64,000 nt of DNA from Nitrospirota bacterium. Lineage in GTDB: Bacteria; Nitrospirota; UBA9217. Position 1 is the stretch's first letter. The number at the start of each line of letters is the position of its first letter. Both the position numbers and the translations under genes were made by a program. The DNA lies in assembly GCA_963749655.1 (NCBI GenBank), contig CAVVOB010000039.1:33085-97084 (forward strand), in the 5' to 3' direction. Below are positions 31,871 to 40,804 of this stretch, one piece after another. The notes under the pieces are model-generated. The model ran no database searches, was not told the DNA's origin, and saw nothing but the letters and a program-made list of their open reading frames with translations.

Positions 31871-32290
31871 GTGAAAGAACTTGACGAAGAATCAAGAAGA
31901 CTTTGGGAATCACTGAGACAGGCAGCCCTTCCAACAAACAATTATCCTACAGTCCAAACAACGGCTTTATACGATTTTGGAATAATTTACGACAGCCGAT
32001 TAGATGTATGGAAATGCCCGATTTGTGATTTTGCTTCAACAGCTCTAAAAGTCAATAACCATGTGAATAAAAAGCACCCTGAATGGCGCGCTGAAGGAAG
32101 AAAGAAACAAGAAGAACATTTCCAAAGATTACGCATGGAGCATCCGGAATGGTACACAAGAAATCATAAATGCCCTCAATGCGATAAAGCATTTAAGAGT
32201 AATAGTGCTCTTTGTGTTCACGTATATCAGAAACATTCCAAACATCAAAAGGGCGAATCGGCGGTGAAAGCCCAGTCTCAGATTGATTAA
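31871..32290 (+). CDS. Protein with two classical C2H2 zinc fingers
   Basis: CPICDFASTALKVNNHVNKKH and CPQCDKAFKSNSALCVHVYQKH. Confidence 0.8.
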   Translation: MKELDEESRRLWESLRQAALPTNNYPTVQTTALYDFGIIYDSRLDVWKCPICDFASTALKVNNHVNKKHPEWRAEGRKKQEEHFQRLRMEHPEWYTRNHKCPQCDKAFKSNSALCVHVYQKHSKHQKGESAVKAQSQID

Positions 32291-32528
32291 AATAACGGGG
32301 GCCTTCTCCCCTGAAAGCGAGGTGTCAGGTTGCATCAGGAAACCCGGATGAGAAAATATCGCAAGGTGGCACAGAGAGAAAGGGTATAGACGAGGGGCAA
32401 CGGTTTAAAGTTTTGGTAGAATGAATAGTGGGCGGGGGGGGCCAGTCGTGGTTGTGTGGTGTCGGCGCGGGCCATGAGTACGGGGGGAAATAGGTTTTGA
32501 CGTCAGGTAGAAAGGAGATGGATCGGGT

Positions 32529-33017
32529 ATGAACGAGGAAAGTATCGAGACGCAGGAAACAGACGAAAAGCCGCTGAAAGTAACCGGGAAAGAGCCGGAA
32601 AAGGCCATTAAACAGGCTGCAATGTTGGCTCTCGAGCAAAGCGGCTTCAGTCATCTCGCAATCTCAAAAGCCATAGGATACCATGAAAAAAGCGTGAGCC
32701 GAGCGTTACCTGATCTTAGGAAGAGGAGCCTTGCCGCGCCTCGAATGGTCAAGCTCGCTTCGAAAACTGTCGCCGCGGTTATGGAAGGCTACCACGGAAA
32801 AGAGGTCGAGGAGCCGCAGCCGGACGGATCGGTGAAGAAGGAAGTCGTAATTGATCATCGTGTCAAAGCCTCCGACGCCATGCGTGCCGCCGAGCTCGTG
32901 TATTCCAGGTATGAGCCGGTCAAGCAGGATGCTGCAGGGTCCGGGTCCGCGCCGTCGTTTACGTCGATCACCATCAATCAGCAGTTTATTGAGGGGCTGC
33001 AGTTGCCCGACAAATAG
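32529..33017 (+). CDS. HTH protein, possible terminase small subunit
   Basis: HTH-like segment GFSHLAISKAIGYHEKSVSRAL, helical middle, and a C-terminal SITINQQF beta-tail; AAAGGAG RBS. Confidence 0.45.
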   Translation: MNEESIETQETDEKPLKVTGKEPEKAIKQAAMLALEQSGFSHLAISKAIGYHEKSVSRALPDLRKRSLAAPRMVKLASKTVAAVMEGYHGKEVEEPQPDGSVKKEVVIDHRVKASDAMRAAELVYSRYEPVKQDAAGSGSAPSFTSITINQQFIEGLQLPDK

Positions 33018-33273
33018 CCTGCAGAAAGCGCGGCCGGTCATATGATCGAACCAAGGAAAGCATTCTTTTTCAAAATAGGCCCCCCTTGGGTCGCCGGTTC
33101 GCGCGATTGGCCGGCGCTGTGGAGCGGTCCAGATGCTATCTACTTCGTTGCCTCACATTTTCCCAGGATTTGCCCCCCTTCTTCCGCCTTGATCTCGGAT
33201 TCCGAATTCTCGTATCTCTTTTTGGGGCACCGAATAAAATTTTTCAAAATTCCAGATAGAAAGGACAGATAAC

Positions 33274-34516
33274 ATGGCTATTGACGTTAACGCGCAGGTC
33301 GCATCTCAGATGGAATTAATAAATACCTCGATCGCGCATGCAGTGGGAGAGATGGACACCGTTTATGAAAACCTAGAGTCCCTTTCTGCTGCAGTTTATC
33401 CCCCGTTCATCATTCCGTCAGAGCCCGCCTTACCGGTTACCACGATTACGGTCTCGGCAGAGGCTCCCGATGACCTCGAGATTCAGGGAGAGCTCGTCGC
33501 GATCAGCGCCGCGGCTCCGGAACCCTTCAAGCCAGCCGGAAAGGGTGGAGGCCTCGACCAGGTCGAAAAGACGTTTCTTGACTGGATCCCCAGGCTCGAG
33601 GATATCACCAAAGAAGAAGCTAAGTTGCTTAGAGGATATGACAGCGCACTCATCGACGCCATGACCGCAAAGCTCCTGCGAGACATCGAGAGTGGCGGGA
33701 CCGGCCTTTCTTCCGCAGTCGCACAGGCGATTCCGGACAGGCAAGCGCAACGCGACGCACAAATTTACCAGGATGCTCGGGACAAAATGGCTTCAACATT
33801 TTCCGCTCCAGGATGGGAGCTTCCGGACAGCGTTCTGGCGGCAATGAGTGCAGGATCTGAACGTGAAGCAGGCGAATCTGAAGACCGACCGATCCCGCGA
33901 AGCCCTCGTTGATTCGTACAAGATGGCGGACGCCAATACGAAGTGGGCGATTGAGCAGGGTATTGTCCTCGAGAGCAAGCTCATGGAGATGTTCAATCAG
34001 GCCGCAGATCGAGTGATCCGCTACGCCTTGGCGAAAATGGGTCTCAGCTCGGTCATTTTCAAAAATCTGATCGATGCCTATCTTGCACAGGTCGACGCCG
34101 TGCTCAAGGAAGCCCAGTTAAAAAACGAGATTCAGAGAACGGAGATTAGCGCCTATCTCGGGAAGTTGTCTTACTACAAGACCATGGCGGACGTTGGGCT
34201 CGGGAAGGTAGACGCCCTGATCAAGAAATATGGCGTGGACATCAGCAAGTATACCGCACAGATTTCTTTGTCCGAAGTTCAGGGACAGATAAATCTTGCA
34301 CAGGTCACGAGAGATACACAGAGTGCTCTCCTTACCTGGAAGTCATCCCTTGAAGCCCTTCAGCAGAATCTCGTATCGAACCTGCACTATACGCAGATCC
34401 ATTCAGCGACGGTCTTGGGGGAGACGCAGATTCTTTCAAACTATGTGGCGGCAATGTCGAACAGTATGAACGCTGTGATGCAACTGTCGGTTACCGAGAC
34501 GATAGCGGGCGCATAA
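33274..34516 (+). CDS. Alpha-helical phage virion-like protein (one frameshift near 33850)
   Basis: Two ORFs join into about 410 aa; the segment GGTGLSSAVAQAI.DR..RD...F.A.GWELP.SVL resembles phage structural proteins (from recall, unverified). Confidence 0.45.
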
Positions 34517-34659
34517 GCGCGACTGTACATTTCCCCAATTGGTGCTTTTTTCTTTCTGCCAGTTGTGATAGACTTTCGCCATATTGATCGCGGGCTTCAA
34601 TCACAAGAGAATACTGAAGAACTTGACGTTTACACGCCTCATTGTTTCAGGGGGGGGGT

Positions 34660-35880
34660 ATGAAAAGTAAAATAATTGCAGTGGCGATCATTTTTGTGAT
34701 TCTTGTTTTCGCAGGAGGCTACGCCTATTACACCGTATACGAAAGATCACCGGAAAGAATTTATTCGAAAAACAAGAATACCGTCGTCTTTATTGCAGCG
34801 TATGACTTCGGAGGAACTCCGATAAAATTTGGTAGTGGCTTCATCGTGGATAAGAACGGAACCATTGCCACAAACTATCACGTTATTAACGATGCGGGAG
34901 ATATCGTGATAAAGACAATAGACGATAGAATCTTGGCTGTTGAGGCGATAAAATATTTCGACGAAGAAAAAGACTTGGCACTCATAAAAATCAAGAAGTC
35001 GAAAGAGTATGAGTTAACTGCGGTGGACATTGGAGATTCCGAAAAAATGGTTGTTGGTGAAAAGGTCTATACAATTGGAAATCCTAAGGGGCTGGAAAGT
35101 ACATTTTCAGAAGGAAATGTTAGTGGCGTGCGTCAATGGAAGCAGGATGTGAAGGTAATTCAAATAACGGCCCCACTTTCGCCTGGCAGTAGCGGCGGGC
35201 CAGTTCTCGATAAACATGGCCGTGCAGTGGGGTTGTCGACGTTTATTTTAATGGAGGGCCAAAATCTCAACTTTGCGATACCTTTTAATTACATTAAAAA
35301 TGAAATCACTAAACCACAAATAGCATATACACTGATGCCAAAGGAACCAGCATGGAATTTGTTTCATTCTGTAAACGACTCCGATAGATATCTAGAGTCA
35401 TGGGATGAAACATTTGTTGACACCAGCAATATCACAACGATTGATGAAAACCTGAAGGGCGTATGGATAAGCACGAGAACCCGATATGGAGAACAAAAAG
35501 CACCTTATCCAATTAACGTTATTGGCGCCAAGCCTCATTCTACAACAAAAACAAAATACGGCTATGTATATTGCGATTGCGTTGGTAAAACAATTACGAC
35601 GCTCTTATTGGGTTTTACTCTTGATGATAAGGGAACTATAACACCGTTGGAAAAGAGAGTGGTGTGGAAAGATTTACTTGAAAAATTTACTGCGGATGTA
35701 AATGAGCAGAGAAAGAAGTTGCAAAAGGCAAAAGACGACCTAATAATATTTAGAAGTAGTGCTGCAGAGGTAAAGTACGATACCGAGTCCGCTATATTGG
35801 AAAAATTTGAGAAAAGCGAAGCTGAAATGCATAACTTATCTAGCCGATTGATCGGGAAGGTGTGTAACATTGCCGATTGA
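34660..35880 (+). CDS. Membrane-anchored trypsin-like (S1C) serine protease with C-terminal domain
   Basis: N-terminal TM; GSGFIV, TNYHV, KDLAL and PGSSGGPV give the His-Asp-Ser triad; low GC. Confidence 0.88.
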   Translation: MKSKIIAVAIIFVILVFAGGYAYYTVYERSPERIYSKNKNTVVFIAAYDFGGTPIKFGSGFIVDKNGTIATNYHVINDAGDIVIKTIDDRILAVEAIKYFDEEKDLALIKIKKSKEYELTAVDIGDSEKMVVGEKVYTIGNPKGLESTFSEGNVSGVRQWKQDVKVIQITAPLSPGSSGGPVLDKHGRAVGLSTFILMEGQNLNFAIPFNYIKNEITKPQIAYTLMPKEPAWNLFHSVNDSDRYLESWDETFVDTSNITTIDENLKGVWISTRTRYGEQKAPYPINVIGAKPHSTTKTKYGYVYCDCVGKTITTLLLGFTLDDKGTITPLEKRVVWKDLLEKFTADVNEQRKKLQKAKDDLIIFRSSAAEVKYDTESAILEKFEKSEAEMHNLSSRLIGKVCNIAD

Positions 35881-35999
35881 TGATTCTTTATCGTTGACCC
35901 GTTGTCCTCCTAGTAAACAATAGTTAATGTCACATCGAAGCTGTACTCCACAGCCGGCCCGTGAAGTTTGGAGAAACCACGACGTGAGGTGGTCAAGAA

Positions 36000-36626
36000 A
36001 TGGAACTGAAAGACAGAATAAACGCTGTTATCCGGACACCGAAATATAAGAAAGCATTTGAACGATACTCCCAGATAGTGAAACCTGAGTCGCGGTCTGG
36101 AATGTGGATGTCCGGATCTGAAATTTTCATACACCCTCTTTCTCAAGAAGCCAACAACCTCTGCGTCGCATTCAAGATACCCTATCCATTCCATCCCAAT
36201 TCAATCGTTCCTGATGGATTCCCAGCCGTTATTCCTATAGCCTCCCGCATTGAAGAGGGAAAATATCGAGGAAAGAATTTCGTAGGTCCAGGAACGGATT
36301 ATTGCGTACATGTAAAAATAGATGTGACACAGCCGATCACAAAAATTCAAAATGAGATAAAGGCAATGTATGAACGTTTTAATAAAGGGGGCGACATTAA
36401 ACGGAGAAGTAGAAACAGAACCAACAAAAAAATCGAGGGCGGCATATGGGAAGTTTATGACCAAGTTACTCTGGGAAAGCTCACGCCCTATCAGGTAGCC
36501 AAAAAGTTCGGCATGCAGCGTAAGCCAGCTGATGACAAAAAAGCCGATAAAATATATCGCCGTGTGTTGGATGCATATACAAAGGCACGTGAAATGGTTG
36601 CTGATGTTCAAGAAGGTCACATATAA
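36000..36626 (+). CDS. Hypothetical protein with a possible C-terminal HTH
   Basis: 208-aa ORF with GAGG RBS; C-terminal segment LTPYQVAKKFG. Confidence 0.55.
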   Translation: MELKDRINAVIRTPKYKKAFERYSQIVKPESRSGMWMSGSEIFIHPLSQEANNLCVAFKIPYPFHPNSIVPDGFPAVIPIASRIEEGKYRGKNFVGPGTDYCVHVKIDVTQPITKIQNEIKAMYERFNKGGDIKRRSRNRTNKKIEGGIWEVYDQVTLGKLTPYQVAKKFGMQRKPADDKKADKIYRRVLDAYTKAREMVADVQEGHI

Positions 36627-36725
36627 CGCAAGGACTTTTAACGTAGTGCTATCAGTCCCTCTACAAGCTTAAATATTTCCTGTATCCTCCAACCATCGAA
36701 ATTGAAATGATAGGAGGTAACGGGA

Positions 36726-36998
36726 ATGAGAATCACAACGAAAGAGTTCGTCAGCTCCGACCTGTATTTGTCCGCTGCTGTTTCCATCCTGCTTCAAACT
36801 CAACCAAACTTCAGAGTAGAAAATAATCGAACCCTGTTTGTCTTCGAGGTATCAGACCGGCTATATAAGGCGATGAGCGACTACAATTCCGGGATCGCAA
36901 TCAACACCCTGGAATATGTCCAAGTCCTCAAACGCCTGAAAAGCGAAATGATGATGCGCCGGTCCTTGGAGAAAACGGGGAGCTATCATGCTGGATAA
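36726..36998 (+). CDS. DUF5659-like small protein
   Basis: SSDLYLSAAV..RTLFVF..DYNSG..IN..EY...LKRLKS pattern; AGGAGG RBS. Confidence 0.65.
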   Translation: MRITTKEFVSSDLYLSAAVSILLQTQPNFRVENNRTLFVFEVSDRLYKAMSDYNSGIAINTLEYVQVLKRLKSEMMMRRSLEKTGSYHAG

Positions 36999-37105
36999 TC
37001 AGGCCCTCCCCGACTGTCCTCGTTCACTCCATCTCTCGTTGTGGGCTCTGAGTGCGCTGAAGGAAGGCAAGAGGGTGCCCAGAGATCGGCGCCCTTCTTC
37101 CGTCG

Positions 37106-37945
37106 TTGCCTGAAATCGGACAACCTTCCCATACCTCTGGAGCGAGCCCGCAACTTGATAATGGCTTCACCAGAATAGCAAACGAAATACTCGAGGCGTT
37201 GATCAAGACTAAACTCAACGGTTATGAGTGGCGCATTGTCATTGCTATTCTTCGAAAGACCTACGGGTTCAGAAAGAAGACTGACTGGATCTCAAATAGC
37301 CAATTCGTAGAGATGACAGGAATTAGGAAGTCTCACGTATCCAGGGCTATCAAAGAATTATGCGAGAGAAACATCCTTACACGATCAGGGCTGAAGGTTG
37401 GCCTGCAGAAAAATTACTCGCTATGGAAAGACCATCCGAAAAGGAAGAAGTTACCAGAAATGGTAACAGTTACCAAAGGCGGTAACTTAAACGAAAAGTT
37501 ACCAAAACTGGATCAAGAGTTACCACCGGCGGGGCACACAAAAGAAAATATACAAAAGAAAAAGAATACCTGCGTTTCACCGGACAGTTCAACGCCCTCT
37601 GTTCCCTTACGGAAGGCACGAGTACGTCACAAGCCTGCAGATCCCCGCGTGTCGGAAATCATGAATTACTTCTTCGAAGTCTGCCAAGAGATCAAGGGAT
37701 TCAAGCCGATGATCAATGGCGGCAAAGATGGCGCACTGGTCAAGGTTGCACTGCAGGCTATGGATATGACGGACATCAAGGCAATCTTACGCTTCTTCCT
37801 GAAGAGTCCAAAGTCAAAGGATGTTGGCGTCTCGTTATCCGCGGCCTTATCAGCGCACACTGTGAATATGTACCGAGCAGGAGAAATAAAACAGGGTGAT
37901 CCAGGACTCGGCAATCCTAACGCAGGGAGAGATCCAGGCATATGA
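37106..37945 (+). CDS. Lambda O-like phage replication initiator
   Basis: LDNGFTRIANEILEAL..AILRKTYGFRKKTDWISNSQFVEMTG matches the phage rep O N-terminal domain. Confidence 0.88.
   Translation: MPEIGQPSHTSGASPQLDNGFTRIANEILEALIKTKLNGYEWRIVIAILRKTYGFRKKTDWISNSQFVEMTGIRKSHVSRAIKELCERNILTRSGLKVGLQKNYSLWKDHPKRKKLPEMVTVTKGGNLNEKLPKLDQELPPAGHTKENIQKKKNTCVSPDSSTPSVPLRKARVRHKPADPRVSEIMNYFFEVCQEIKGFKPMINGGKDGALVKVALQAMDMTDIKAILRFFLKSPKSKDVGVSLSAALSAHTVNMYRAGEIKQGDPGLGNPNAGRDPGI
37450..37568. repeat. Replication origin iterons plus A-rich tract within the O-like gene
   Basis: GTTACC-N6-GGTAAC at 37450 and 37469, half-conserved copies at 37498 and 37519, then ACAAAAGAAAATATACAAAAGAAAAAGAA. Confidence 0.75.
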
Positions 37946-38757
37946 CACAGAGACAAGATGAGATTGACCAGCTCATTGCGACAGAAGAACGGTTGAAGAA
38001 CTACCGCGGCGAGGATGAAATTATCATCTCAAATGACATGCTCGACCTGCTACACGCCAGATATCAGCAGGTTCACACGTTCGAGCTCGTTCCTGGTTTT
38101 CCGGGGCTCGACAAGTCGATTAAGCATTTTCTCGGTGGCGAGCTGGTCGTTATTTCCGGACCTACGAAGCACGGCAAGACTCTCCTCGCTCAGACCTTAA
38201 CGCGCAACTTCTGGGCACAGAACCATATGGGCGCATGGTTCAGTTACGAGGTTCCGGTCCATCAATTCCTTCAACAGTTCGGGGATGTTCTACCGGGATT
38301 CGTCGTACCGAAGAGCCTCAAGGACAACTCACTTTCGTGGATCATCGAGCGCGTGCATGAGGCTAAGCTGAAATATGATATCAAGTACGTTGTCATCGAC
38401 AACACGCACAATGTCATAAACCTGACTGTGAATAACCTCTCTCAGGTGATGGGTGAGTTTCTCAAGGGCGTGAAGAAGATGGCACTTCGCTTCAACGTCG
38501 CCGTGTTTCTCCTCCATCACCTGACTAAGATCAAGTTGGGTAACGACGATACAATTGACTCCAGCCTTCTCCGAGACTCAAGCCTCGTGGCTCAGACAGC
38601 TGATACCGTCATGTTCGTATGGCGTGATAAGGACACTATACTCAAGCCGAACCAGGGATACGTGAAGGTCACGGAAAACCGGCGATATGGAATCATGAAC
38701 CATGTTGTTCCGCTCGTGAAGATCGGGAATTTCCTCGAAGAGCAGGAGACGTTCTGA
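37942..38757 (+). CDS. DnaB-like (SF4) helicase, C-terminal domain only
   Basis: Walker A GPTKHGKT, FSYE, Walker B VVID, LRDSSLVAQTADTV and ENRRYG. Confidence 0.85.
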   Translation: MTQRQDEIDQLIATEERLKNYRGEDEIIISNDMLDLLHARYQQVHTFELVPGFPGLDKSIKHFLGGELVVISGPTKHGKTLLAQTLTRNFWAQNHMGAWFSYEVPVHQFLQQFGDVLPGFVVPKSLKDNSLSWIIERVHEAKLKYDIKYVVIDNTHNVINLTVNNLSQVMGEFLKGVKKMALRFNVAVFLLHHLTKIKLGNDDTIDSSLLRDSSLVAQTADTVMFVWRDKDTILKPNQGYVKVTENRRYGIMNHVVPLVKIGNFLEEQETF

Positions 38758-38761
38758 GGGT

Positions 38762-39364
38762 GTGTTGACAATGACCGTAACGAAGACCATACAAACAGGC
38801 ATCGATTGGGAAGCAGCTGCAGAAAAATGGCGCCGGGAAGTTGATCTCCCCCGTATTCGTCGCGTCATCCAAGAATACAAGCAGGATATGGGTCGAGAGG
38901 GTCAATATCTTCGGCTTTTTGCTCTCTTCGATCAACTTGAGGAAGCCAAGGATGATTTGCACTGGAGGCGGAAGCGTTACGAGGCGAATGCATCTGGCAA
39001 CCGGCCGTATGTCGAGCGGGTCTTGATAGCGCGATGTATCCTCGAGGACGAGCGACGGATTGAAAAGATGCGGCAAGAGATCAGTTTCATTCAGACAGCG
39101 CTCTTTCAGCCACAACAAATGAAGGGAGACAGGATCACCCCCAAGATGGTCGAAAGGGCCAAGGAATTTCCAATATCGAACCTGGTAGAGGCGCGCCGCG
39201 GAATAGCACGTTGCATCTTCGGACATGAGGACCAACACCCGTCAATGAGCATCAAGAACAACTTCGCTCACTGTTTCTCTTGCGGAAAAACAGCGGACGT
39301 GATTGAAGTCTATCAACACCTTCATGGGGTGACGTTCCCCCAAGCCGTGAGGGCGATGCAATGA
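38762..39364 (+). CDS. Protein with C-terminal CHC2 (primase-type) zinc-binding domain
   Basis: CIFGHEDQHPSMSI...HCFSCGKTADVI...TFPQAV. Confidence 0.8.
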   Translation: MLTMTVTKTIQTGIDWEAAAEKWRREVDLPRIRRVIQEYKQDMGREGQYLRLFALFDQLEEAKDDLHWRRKRYEANASGNRPYVERVLIARCILEDERRIEKMRQEISFIQTALFQPQQMKGDRITPKMVERAKEFPISNLVEARRGIARCIFGHEDQHPSMSIKNNFAHCFSCGKTADVIEVYQHLHGVTFPQAVRAMQ

Positions 39365-39582
39365 CTACTTTTGAACAGGCAGTCTCAGATTACCAGATTC
39401 GATGTTTGTGCGAGGCGCAAATGAGTCTTTCAAAAGTCCGGTCAAGCGGCTTTCCCCTTCCGGATGATGTGGCCCTTGAAGTTCAGGGGATCATGAGCAC
39501 GATAACGTCGCTTATTGGACGGCTGGAAGACCGGTTGTCGCCCGCAGGCCCGGGGCCGGGGCTGGAAGGAGAACGCGGATGA
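39361..39582 (+). CDS. Hypothetical protein
   Basis: ATGA overlaps at both ends within the operon. Confidence 0.55.
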   Translation: MTTFEQAVSDYQIRCLCEAQMSLSKVRSSGFPLPDDVALEVQGIMSTITSLIGRLEDRLSPAGPGPGLEGERG

Positions 39583-39995
39583 CACCATCAAGCGCTATCA
39601 AAATCGAATGCGCTGTGTGCCGGCGCGATCGGGGACCGTGCACGAGCAAGCACTGTGCCCTGAAGCTGGCCGGGACATCCCTTGAGCGGATCAAGGCGCA
39701 CTGCCGTGACTGTGCTCCGGACCATCGGCCGGAAGCGTGCACCGGTCAGATCATCGGCACTCAGGCGAAGGCCCTCAACTCGCTGTATGGGATCCCCCTC
39801 GTCGACGGCAAGGCCGAATGCCCTCTCTTTCCGTTCCGGTTCGGCAAGAACCAAAATATCCACCGGACGCTGTCAGAGGACCAGAAAAAAGTAAATGTCG
39901 CACGCTTGCAAACATATCGTTTCCGGAAAAATGCCGCGTTTTCCCCCAGCCAGAGGACAGAGCACGGGGCCGGGGCGGGAATCGGGCAAATTTAG
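39579..39995 (+). CDS. Cys-rich phage-type hypothetical protein
   Basis: AIKIECAVC, IKAHCRDC and ECPLFPFRFGK. Confidence 0.65.
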   Translation: MTPSSAIKIECAVCRRDRGPCTSKHCALKLAGTSLERIKAHCRDCAPDHRPEACTGQIIGTQAKALNSLYGIPLVDGKAECPLFPFRFGKNQNIHRTLSEDQKKVNVARLQTYRFRKNAAFSPSQRTEHGAGAGIGQI

Positions 39996-40020
39996 ACCCT
40001 GAAGGGGGGTATTCTCGGCA

Positions 40021-40662
40021 ATGAAGAAAGCGCCGTATTTCTCGGTAGCATTGGATCCGTCGACCCGGGTTATCTTCGTCGTCCAGACTGAAGGGGCCAG
40101 GGAAGCGCTCGTCGGCATTCTCACTGCAAGCGGTCGCACGGTCACCACTGAGACAATCGAGGATGAACAAAGCGCCGTCCATGCGCATTTCCGGGGCAAG
40201 CTGGTTGCGATCCTGCCAGCCAACGACGTCACGGGAAGAAGGCATGCGCAGCTTTTCGCCGGGAGACTCGCGGGAATAGCTGAAGCTGTCAAGGTAATAG
40301 AGCTCCCCGGCCTCCCTGTCAGCGGGGATGTTTGCGACTGGATCGCCCAGGGGGGCACCGCTGCCAGTCTCGCCAAGCTGGTTCAGCAAGCCCTGTTTTG
40401 GACGCCTTCGCAGCAGTCGACAGCGTGCGGCTTCCGGTCAGACACCCGGGCGCGCGGCAAGGGCGCCGGTACCGCCGCAGCAGACCTGCTGGTCACCCTG
40501 CTATCTGAGGGACCGAGGCCCGCAAAGGAGGTCCAGGAAGCCGCGGTAGAGGCGGGCCTGTCCTTCGGGACTCTTCGCCGGGCCGCTGATCGACTCGGCA
40601 TAACGCGCAGGAAAGCGGGCGGTAGGTTCGGCGGTGATCCCCGCTGGTACTGGTCCCGCTGA
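40021..40662 (+). CDS. Degenerate TOPRIM-like domain fused to a winged-helix
   Basis: VAILPANDVTG...LPGLPVSGDVCDW, then LSEGPRPAKEVQEAAVEAGLSFGTLRRA. Confidence 0.6.
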   Translation: MKKAPYFSVALDPSTRVIFVVQTEGAREALVGILTASGRTVTTETIEDEQSAVHAHFRGKLVAILPANDVTGRRHAQLFAGRLAGIAEAVKVIELPGLPVSGDVCDWIAQGGTAASLAKLVQQALFWTPSQQSTACGFRSDTRARGKGAGTAAADLLVTLLSEGPRPAKEVQEAAVEAGLSFGTLRRAADRLGITRRKAGGRFGGDPRWYWSR

Positions 40663-40804
40663 AGATGCTGAAGGTACTTCCTCTTCAATGTGTCACCTTC
40701 AGGGATGGGGTACGAGCATCTTCAGGAAAGGTGTCGAGGTCGTCGGCTTGACAAAGATCGAGGATCGGAATAAAATCGCACCCTCATCAATTCTGGGGGT
40801 GGCT

